From assembly GCA_963674755.2 (NCBI GenBank), contig CAXXVS010000002.1, forward strand, positions 2,542,730-2,606,729: a stretch of DNA of 64,000 bases. The letters are read 5' to 3'. Positions 55,837 to 64,000 of this stretch are shown piece by piece. Source of the stretch: Desulfobacterales bacterium. GTDB lineage: Bacteria > Desulfobacterota > Desulfobacteria > Desulfobacterales > UBA5852. A program made the translations under genes and the position numbers. Under the pieces are notes generated by a model. The model saw only the letters and a list, made by a program, of their open reading frames with translations, did no database searches and was not told the DNA's origin. The first letter of the stretch is position 1; every line of letters begins with the position of its first letter.

Positions 55837-58734
55837 ATGACCCGATCCCAAACCACCAGCCCTGTCCCCGCCTGGACCGCGGGCGAGAACCGCCTCGGCT
55901 TCCAGGTGGCCGAAGTCGTGCCCCTGCCCTATCTCGAAGGTGTCTATTATGCCCTGGAGCATCTTGCCACCGGCGCCCGCTACATCCACATCCAATGCCC
56001 CGACCGGGAAAATGCCTTCGGAGTGGCCTTCAAGACGGTCCCCACCGACTCGACAGGCGTGGCCCACATCCTGGAGCACACCGTGCTTTGCGGTTCGCGA
56101 AAGTTTCCCGTGCGGGATCCTTTTTTTTCCATGCTCAAACGCAGTCTGAGCAGCTTCATGAATGCCTTTACCGCCTCCGATTGGACGCTCTATCCCTTTG
56201 CCACCCCCAATCGCAAAGATTTTTACAATCTCCTGGATGTCTACCTGGATGCTGCCTTCTTCCCGCGGCTGGAACGGCTCAGTTTCAAACAGGAAGGCCA
56301 CCGCATGGAATTCGAAGAGGGTCCCGGCGGCGGGCGGCAACTGGTCTACAAGGGCGTTGTGTACAATGAAATGAAGGGGGCCATGTCCTCGCCGGACCAG
56401 GTCTTGGGCCGCTCGCTGCTGCAGGCCCTTTTCCCCGATACCACCTACCGCTTCAATTCCGGGGGCGATCCCCAGGACATCCCCGAACTGACGGCCGAAG
56501 GGCTGCGGGCCTTCCACGCCCGGCACTATCACCCCAGCAATGCCTTTTTTTACTCCTATGGCAATTTGCCCCTGGAGGACCATCTGGCCTTTATCAACCG
56601 CAAGGTCCTGGACGGCTTCACCCGCATCGACCCCCGGACCGAAGTGCCTTCCCAACCGCGCTGGAAGGCGCCGCGGGAGGCGGTTTACCCCTACCCCCTG
56701 GCCCCTGACGAAGACCCGGCCCGCAAATATCAAATCGGCATCGCCTGGCTGATGAGCGACATCCGCGATGTCTACGAAGTCCTGGTATTGACCCTGTTGG
56801 AAGAGGTTTTGCTGGGCAATCCCGCCTCGCCCCTGCGCCAGGCCCTGCTGGAATCCGGTTGGGGGTCATCCCTGGCGGACGGCACGGGCTTCGATGCCGA
56901 CAACCGAGACACCTTTTTCTTCTGCGGCTTGAAGGATGTGGCCGAAGCGGACGGGGAGCAAATCGCCGCCCTCATCATGGCGACCCTGAACCGGCTCGCC
57001 GAAGAGGGCATCGAAAGAGATCTCATCGAGAGCGCCATTCATCAGGTGGAATTCCACCGCCGCGAAATCACCAATACCCCCTATCCCTATGGGCTCAGAC
57101 TGCTGGTGGCGCTTACCGGCACATGGATCCACGGGGGCCAGCCCCGCCGTCTGCTTCTTTTTGAAGACGATATGGCCGAACTGCGCCGGCAGATGGCCGC
57201 TCCGGGTTTCTTTGAGGAGCGCCTGCGCCGGTACTTTATCGACAATCCCCATCGGGTCTTTTTCAAGCTGGTGCCCGACCGGCAACTGGCCGACCAGCAG
57301 ATCCGTGCCGAAGCGGACCGGCTGCGGCAGGTCCAGGACAACCTGACCCCGGCCGCCGCGGCCGAAATCGAAGCCGATACCGAAGCCCTGCAGCGTCTCC
57401 AGGAGGAGAACGAAGATGTCACCGTCCTGCCCACGCTGACCCTGGCGGATATTCCGCCCACCGTCAACCGGGTCGCGCCGAGCGCCATCCCGGACGGCCA
57501 CCTCACGGTCTATGACGCGCCCACCGCGGGCATTTTCTATTTCTCCTCGTCGCTGGGCATCGCGCCCCTCCCTGATGCGCACCTGCCGTTGGTGCCGCTT
57601 TTCTGCTACGCCGCCACGCGCATGGGCACCGCGGATCGGGACTATGTCGACCTGGCCCGCTATCTCGACCGCTATACCGGCGGCCTGGGGTTGTCGGTGC
57701 AGGCCCGTACCCGCTTCGACGGGGACTTCACCCCCCTGCCCATGGTGGCCGTGGGCGGCAAATGCCTGGACCGCAACCGGGACCGGCTCTTTGCCGTGCT
57801 GGGGGAAATTCTGGATCAGATCCGTTTCAGCGATCTCGATCAGCTGAAGCGCATCATCCTGGAATACCGGGCCGCTCACGAAGGCGCGGTGGTCCATAAC
57901 GGCCACCGGCTGGCGATCTCCCTCGCCAGCCGCACCATGACACCCGCCGCCCGTCTCAACGAGATGTGGCACGGCATCCACCAGCTGCGGTTCATCAAAA
58001 CCCTGACCAAGGCCATGGAAACGGATAACGATGCCCTGGCCCAAACCGGGCAGCAGCTGGCCGAGATCGCCCGCCATCTCTTCCGGCAGGGCAATATGCA
58101 ACTGGCGCTCATCGGCAACCAGGCCGCCGCCGCCGAAAAATACGCCGCCGCCTTGCTTGAGCGCCTGCCGGGGGAACCCAGCGCCGAGGCCTCCCCAGCC
58201 GTGGATCCGCTGGATGCCGCACCGGTCCGGGAGGGGTGGCACACCGGGACCGCGGTTTCCTTTGTGGCCCAGAGTCTGCCCTGCGTACGCTACGCCCATG
58301 CCGATGCCCCGGCCCTGGCCGTGACGGCCAAGCTGCTGCGCTCCCTCTATCTGCACCGCGAAATCCGGGAAAAAGGCGGGGCCTACGGCGGTTTTGCCCT
58401 CTACAACCCGGAGGAGGGGCTTTTCTCCTTTGGCTCCTACCGCGACCCCCACATCCAGCGCACCCTTGACGTCTATGCGGGGGTATCGGCCTTTATCGCG
58501 TCCGGGGATTACAGCGAAGAGGACATCCACGAAGCGATCCTCCAGGTCTGCGCGGAAATCGACAAGCCCGATCCGCCCGGTCCGGCGGCCCGCAAAGCCT
58601 TCTATCGCCGGCTGGTGGGCCTGGACGACCAGCAGCGGCAGGCCTTCAAGGAGCGTCTGCTGGGGCTCAATCGTGAAACCCGGTCAGAAAGACGATCAGG
58701 TCAGCGAGCGTATGGCCGCCGGGGGCGTGGATGA
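55837..58734 (+). CDS. M16C insulinase-family presequence protease (PreP-like), C-terminus cut at ~58680
   Basis: HILEH, NAFT, GVVYNEMKG, IREKGGAYGG, SYRDP; last 17 residues come from unrelated DNA. Confidence 0.92.
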   Translation: MTRSQTTSPVPAWTAGENRLGFQVAEVVPLPYLEGVYYALEHLATGARYIHIQCPDRENAFGVAFKTVPTDSTGVAHILEHTVLCGSRKFPVRDPFFSMLKRSLSSFMNAFTASDWTLYPFATPNRKDFYNLLDVYLDAAFFPRLERLSFKQEGHRMEFEEGPGGGRQLVYKGVVYNEMKGAMSSPDQVLGRSLLQALFPDTTYRFNSGGDPQDIPELTAEGLRAFHARHYHPSNAFFYSYGNLPLEDHLAFINRKVLDGFTRIDPRTEVPSQPRWKAPREAVYPYPLAPDEDPARKYQIGIAWLMSDIRDVYEVLVLTLLEEVLLGNPASPLRQALLESGWGSSLADGTGFDADNRDTFFFCGLKDVAEADGEQIAALIMATLNRLAEEGIERDLIESAIHQVEFHRREITNTPYPYGLRLLVALTGTWIHGGQPRRLLLFEDDMAELRRQMAAPGFFEERLRRYFIDNPHRVFFKLVPDRQLADQQIRAEADRLRQVQDNLTPAAAAEIEADTEALQRLQEENEDVTVLPTLTLADIPPTVNRVAPSAIPDGHLTVYDAPTAGIFYFSSSLGIAPLPDAHLPLVPLFCYAATRMGTADRDYVDLARYLDRYTGGLGLSVQARTRFDGDFTPLPMVAVGGKCLDRNRDRLFAVLGEILDQIRFSDLDQLKRIILEYRAAHEGAVVHNGHRLAISLASRTMTPAARLNEMWHGIHQLRFIKTLTKAMETDNDALAQTGQQLAEIARHLFRQGNMQLALIGNQAAAAEKYAAALLERLPGEPSAEASPAVDPLDAAPVREGWHTGTAVSFVAQSLPCVRYAHADAPALAVTAKLLRSLYLHREIREKGGAYGGFALYNPEEGLFSFGSYRDPHIQRTLDVYAGVSAFIASGDYSEEDIHEAILQVCAEIDKPDPPGPAARKAFYRRLVGLDDQQRQAFKERLLGLNRETRSERRSGQRAYGRRGRG

Positions 58735-59545
58735 TCTGAATCTCCCGGCCGTTGAATGGCAGGGTGTATACCGTATCGAATGAGCGTCCGGAACGTCCCA
58801 CGAGAGGAGTGGGGCGGCGGTGCAACGTTCCGTCCGCCACGCGATTGCTGAGCGTGTCGCAGTTGATGACGCGGGCATGCTTCGCAAGCACGGGATTCCC
58901 GCCGGTGTGTCCGCCGTGCAGGTGCGTGTTGATGACGATGGTCGGAAGCCCGCCACCGAGGCGCTGCACGATGTCGCTGAGCAACGGCGCGACCTCGACT
59001 TCGCCCGTGTCGACGACCAGTACGCCGTCCGGTCCGGTCAAGACCAAGGTGTTCACCTGCTCGCCGTACGTGAAGCGCACACGATGAACGCCGGATGCGA
59101 GCTGGACGATGTCCTCCTGCGCCAGCAGCGGTGCCAGGTGCGCGTGCCCGCGCCTCATGGCGGCGTCGATGGGACGGATCCCCCGCCGGTCGGTAGCGTT
59201 CTTGTTCGCGCCCTTTTCGAGCAGCAACTCGACTACGTTCTGATGCCCGAGGTACGCCGCCAGATGCAGTGGTGTACGCCCGGACTTGTCAGGCGCATCG
59301 AGCGTGCCCGGGGTGTCTGCAAGAATCCCTCGGATCGTCTGAAGATCGCCCGCCTTCGCGGCGTCGTGGATGGGTGCCCCCCGGCGCGGCGGTGGTGCCG
59401 GCGGCGTAGACCGCCAGTAGGTAGATTGTCGATCGCCGCACAGCCGCCAAAGTGGACTCCTGCCCGAACCGCCCGCCGGTAAGCTGACGGCCGGCATGTT
59501 ACGCTGTCGTCTCGACCGCAGCCAGTTCAGACGGGTGCGGCGCAT
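58681..59545 (-). CDS. Ankyrin-repeat plus metallo-beta-lactamase-fold protein, 3'-truncated, probable frameshift near 59380
   Basis: GRTPLHLAAYLGH..LLLEKGA; LVVDTG, INTHLHGGHTGGN, GGHT; breaks off at ~58680; start uncertain. Confidence 0.75.
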
Positions 59546-59694
59546 AACCACGTTAACCAATCCGTATAGGCTCGGCTCGTTCCCGCACGCGGCGTTCTGT
59601 GTTTTGTTGTACGGTTCGCAGGCGGGCGTGTGCGGCAGTCCCATCCCGCGTGTTTGAATCGAACCGGATGGCGTGAGGTCCCTGGTCGCGGGGC

Positions 59695-61178
59695 TCAATC
59701 CCCCGGCTTTGGAGACGATCCGCCGCTCGAAATCGCGAAGACCGCGCGCCGCGTGCTGACATATAGCACGCCGCCGGAAACCACCGGCGTCGAGTAGAGC
59801 GTCGCGAGCATGTCGTTGACGGCGAGTTCCACGAGTTCCTTGCCGTGACGCAGCACAATGATCTCGCCGTCGCTCGTGCCCAGCATGACCTTCCCGTCAA
59901 CGACGTAGGGCGAACCCCACACGGACGCGAACGTGTCGTGACCGCCAGTGACGCTGCCCGGTGTTAACGTCAAAGCAATAGAGGAATCCACTCAGGTCGG
60001 CGGCGTAGAGCAGACCGTCCGCCACAGCGACCGTCGAAAGCGATCGGCCGAACTCCTCACCACCGGCGTGCCACACACGGTGTGTATCGGTGACATCTCC
60101 CTTACCGGTCGCGTCGATCGCATAGAGGTGCCCGGGACCGGATCCATGGTCGGGATCCTGCCCCGCGGCCAGGTACACGCGATTGCCGTGAACCACCGGC
60201 GTCCCGATGATGCTGTTCTTCGTGCCGCGACCGTGTGGTTTCCATTCCGTACCCTTGGGATTCAGGTCGAATCTCCAGATTGGATTCCCGGTGGCAGGCT
60301 CATACGCGTAGCACCATCCGTCGCCGGCGCCGTACACCAGTTGCGGTTTGCCGCAAACCGTGCCCAGCGCGGGAGACGACCACTGGCCGTGGAACACCTT
60401 GGCGCCCGCGTCGTTGCGTTGCCACACGACCCTACCGGTGTACTTGTTGACAGCCACGATGTCCGGTGCGGTAGGGCTCGCGACTTTCTCATGCGGACTT
60501 GTCTGCGCCGTTGGAGGTCGAGACGATGACCAGGTCGCCCCAAGGAAGCGGCGAGCATGTTGCGAGGTTATGCGGGCGGACCTTCAGATCCTTGAACATG
60601 TCCAACACCCAGATGAAGTCCGCGTCCTGGGCGTGCTTGTACTTCTCGTTCTGATACGGGCCGTCGTTGCCGTCGAGGAAGCCGTTGACATCCGCGCAGA
60701 CCAATTGGCATTCGTTGCTTACGTAGTAAAGGCGGTCGCCATCGACCCAGGGCGAGGACACGATGCCCTGCTCCGGCCAATCGTTGATCTGACCCGTCGG
60801 CAGCTTGTCGTGGGTCGCCTGCCAGAGCAGCTTGCCCGTCTTCTGGTCGAGGCACGCGAGTACGCCCTTGTCGCCTTTGATCTCCGGTCGCAGGTTGCCG
60901 CCGTTGTTCGTACCGACGTAGACACGACCGCCGGCGACGACCGGAACGCCGTACGTCGTTGTGCCCAGTTTCGCGGTCCACTTGATGTTCGTGCCCGCTC
61001 GGGCGTCCCATGTCTGGGGGATTCCTTTCTCGTTGGAGACCATGTTCCGGTCGGGTGATCCGCCCCACATGGCCCAATCGCCGGACTTCGGCGACGGTGG
61101 CGGCGGATCAGCGGCGCCCGCGCGCAGGGAGCAGCAAATAAGGAGTGATGCGAACGCGAATGACCCGAGTTTCGTCAT
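59695..61178 (-). CDS. PQQ-like/BamB beta-propeller protein with two frameshifts (~60495, ~59942)
   Basis: Signal peptide, DWAMWGG..RN, NIKWTAKLG, WSSPAL, VWGSPYV, YSTPVV spread over three ORFs that join after removing one base at each site. Confidence 0.85.
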
Positions 61179-61496
61179 GTTTCTTCCACTCGCTCAAGAC
61201 TCGAATTCAAGGCAACATCCACCGGCGCTGCGCTGGGGCAAGGCCAGAAGCCGGACCGTAGTACTCGCCGCCACGCCCGGTATGGTAGCAAACCGGCTAC
61301 ATAACAGGAACGATCGGTGTGAGGGCACCGGTCGACAAGTCTCGACAACAGGCTGCGGGGTTCCACTGACAGCAGCGCTTCGATTCCACCCAGCTGAACC
61401 GGCTGAGGTTGCCGCGGACTTGAGGTTTCATACGATGGCGAGCTTCCGCGGTTCAGTGCGGGCTCTCATGATCCTATCAGGAGGCAAGGAGAACTC

Positions 61497-62192
61497 ATGG
61501 CGGTCTGCCTCGATGCTGAGTCGATCGAGAAGAGGTTTCCGACGCCGGGCGACGACCTCGTCGTTCTGCGAGATGTCTCGATGTCCCTCGCCAAGGGCGA
61601 GTCGGCGGTTATCATGGGGCCATCCGGGTCGGGGAAAAGTACCCTTCTGAATATCCTGGGTACGTTGGATTCGCCGACGCGTGGCCGCATCACCATCGAA
61701 GGCTGCGACCCGTTCGAGCTGTCGCCGCGCGACCTGGCCCGCTTTCGCAACCGCCACATCGGGTTCATCTTTCAGGATCATCACCTGCTCGGACAGTGCA
61801 GTGTGCTGGAGAACGTCGCCCTGCCGACGCTGGCGCGTATGGACGGGGCGGATCGCTCTGAAGATCCGACCGCGCGAGCGCGGGCCTTGCTGGATCGCGT
61901 CGGGCTGGCGGATCGGCTGGACCATCGTCCGGCGGAGCTTTCCGGCGGCGAGCGGCAACGTGTTGCCATCGCCCGTGCGCTGATCAACCGTCCGTCGATC
62001 GTGCTGGCGGATGAGCCCACCGGCAACCTCGATCGCGCCACCGCGGAACGCATCGTCTCGCTGCTGGGGGATCTCCACCGCGACGAGGGCGCGACGCTCA
62101 TCGCCGTGACGCACAGCCAGGTTCTTGCAGGTCGATTCGAACGACGGTTCGACATGGTCGACGGGACGTTGATGTCGCATGAGGTCTCGTGA
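61497..62192 (+). CDS. LolD/MacB-type ABC ATP-binding protein
   Basis: GPSGSGKST, GFIFQ, LSGGERQRVAIARAL, LADEPTGNLD. Confidence 0.95.
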   Translation: MAVCLDAESIEKRFPTPGDDLVVLRDVSMSLAKGESAVIMGPSGSGKSTLLNILGTLDSPTRGRITIEGCDPFELSPRDLARFRNRHIGFIFQDHHLLGQCSVLENVALPTLARMDGADRSEDPTARARALLDRVGLADRLDHRPAELSGGERQRVAIARALINRPSIVLADEPTGNLDRATAERIVSLLGDLHRDEGATLIAVTHSQVLAGRFERRFDMVDGTLMSHEVS

Positions 62193-62193
62193 G

Positions 62194-64000
62194 ATGCGTG
62201 TGGCGGACTACCTTCGACGCAGCCTGTGGTACAACCGGCGCTCCCACGCCCGTCGTGGCGATCGGTGTCGCCACCGCGACAGCCGTACTGACGGGCGCCC
62301 TGCTGGTCGGTGACTCGATGCGGACGAGTCTGCGGTCGATGGCGCTGTCGCGACTCGGAGGCGTCGACCATGCCATGGTCGGCAACCGGTACGTCGATCA
62401 GCAACTGGCGACTGCGCTGGTCGACTCGACTTCGCCGTCGCTTGGCATCGAGGCATCTCCACTCATCATCGAATCGGCGGGGATCGTGCACGCGGACACG
62501 CGCGCTCGGGCGAATCAGATCAGCGTCTTCGGTGTCGAACCGTCCTTCTGGCGACTGGCGACCTCGGCGGCGCAGGCACCGATCGAGATGCCGACCGGTC
62601 GGATCGTGTGGATCAACGAACCGCTCGCACGCGCATTGGACGCCGCGCCGGGGGACGACGTGCTCGTGCGCATCGGCAAACCCGCTAAGGTGTCGACCGA
62701 GACACTGCTCGGGCGGCGTGATGACACCGCGCTGACACTCCGCTTGACGGTCGAACGGGTCGTCACGGCGCGGGAGGGCGGCGAATTCGCGCTGACGCCG
62801 AGTCAATCCACGCCGTACAACGCCTGGATTCCACTCCGTGTGGTGCAGCGCCGGCTTGATCAAACCGACCGTGTCAACGCGATCCTGGTCCGGACGGATT
62901 CGACCGACGCGGGTGACGACTCACTTTCCACCGCAGACCGACTCGATGCTGTTCTGCAGCGTGCGTGGACGCCCAGCGACCTCGGGCTCGACTTCCGTGT
63001 CGATGAGCCGCGCGGTTACATCGCATTGGAAAGCGACCGTCTGCTGCTTGAACCGGAGGTGGAGGCGGCTGTGATCGAGGTGGCCGGGGATGTGAAAGTG
63101 CTTCCCGCGCCCGTGCTCACCTATCTGGCGAATGCGATCGGAATAGAGTCCGTCACGGATGCGGATGCCAATCCAGTGGCCGGCGCCACCGCCGCGCCGC
63201 CGCGTGCGATTCCGTATTCGACCGTCGCGGCCGTTGACGTGGGGGCTCCGGGCGCGCCGCCGTTGGTGCTCGCGGACGGATCGCCGGCGCCGGTGATGGA
63301 GCTGGGCGAGATTCTGCTTAACGAATGGGCGGCCGAGGATCTTGATGCCCGCGTCGGCGACCGCGTGCGGCTCAGTTACTTTCTTACGTCGTCATCCGGC
63401 AGCTCGACACGCACACCAAGTCCTTCGTGCTTCGCGGGGTCGTGCGCATGGATCGCGCGGCGACCGATCCGGGCTTCACGCCGTCGTATCCGGGCGTGAC
63501 CGATACCAACAACTTGGCCGACTGGGATCCGCCGTTTCCGATCGATCTGTCCGCCATTCGTGACAAGGACGAAGCCTATTGGGATCGCCATCGCGCCGCG
63601 CCCAAGGCGTTCATCCGGTTGACGGACGGGCGACAACTTTGGAGTACGGGGAGCGAGCGGTTCGGTCGGTCGACGTCGATTCGGTTTGTACCCACCCGCA
63701 GTGGTCGGGATCTCGCCGCGGCGGCGGATGCGATGACGCGAGCCCTGCGGGAACGTCTCGACGTGTCAACGCTCGGACTGAGCTTCGACGCCGTCAGAGA
63801 TCGAGCGCTCGCCGCCGGTGCGGGCGCGACGGACTTCGGCGTGCTGTTCGTGGCGTTTAGCTTCTTTCTGATCGCGTCGGCTGTCATCCTCGTGGTACTT
63901 CTATTCCGCCTGGGCGCCGAGCAGCGATCGGCGGAGATCGGATTGCTGCTGGCGTGCGGTTTCCCACCGACACGTGTGACGCGGTGGCTGATCGTCGAGG
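62194..64000 (+). CDS. Large FtsX/MacB-type ABC permease, frameshifted (~62250, ~63399), runs off the window edge
   Basis: MRVADYLRRSLWYNRRSH / VAIGVATATAVLTGALLVGDSMR / WDPPFPIDL..DEAYW..DFGVLFVAFSFFLI..LFRLGAEQRSAEIGLLLACG. Confidence 0.85.

Noticed and set aside
56866..58530. 554-aa minus-strand ORF
   Set aside because: Antisense shadow of the M16 peptidase.
60489..60491. UGA in the PQQ-propeller gene as selenocysteine or programmed recoding
   Set aside because: The continuation is in a different frame and is explained by a single extra base.
1..64000. CRISPR array, tRNA/rRNA, integrase, transposase, reverse transcriptase
   Set aside because: No regularly spaced repeats, cloverleaf or rRNA signatures, or catalytic motifs seen by eye; the repeats present are dispersed.

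Overview
The window has two parts. Bases 1 to ~58,680 are a GC-rich chromosome segment whose gene content (HesB-like selenoprotein, AhbB, DUF3786, FmdB-type protein, short ferredoxin) suggests a sulfate-reducing Desulfobacterota organism; this taxonomy is inferred, not searched. It carries housekeeping genes (ndk, trmJ, mutY, pepA, rsmA, ahbB, ycbK/ycbB) and an accessory envelope locus at 7,263-20,531. That locus comprises a sigma-54-type operon (1,470-aa multi-Ig exported protein, FlgD-Ig/beta-barrel protein, TPR lipoprotein) and a divergent operon (CxxCH TolB-like propeller, Gly-rich exported protein, two paralogues of a domain I do not recognise, one with peptidoglycan-binding repeats). This part also holds a polyamine ABC operon collapsed by two in-frame deletions, a UGA-recoded selenoprotein missed by the ORF track, an aminotransferase/kinase-like DUF6206/Ntn-hydrolase operon, and two families of dispersed structured intergenic repeats (4 and 5 copies). 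At ~58,680 genes on both strands are cut and the sequence switches to Planctomycete-like DNA with at least four clear single-base frameshifts plus one probable one, most likely a contig concatenation or chimera. I found no rRNA, tRNA, CRISPR array, transposase or integrase.
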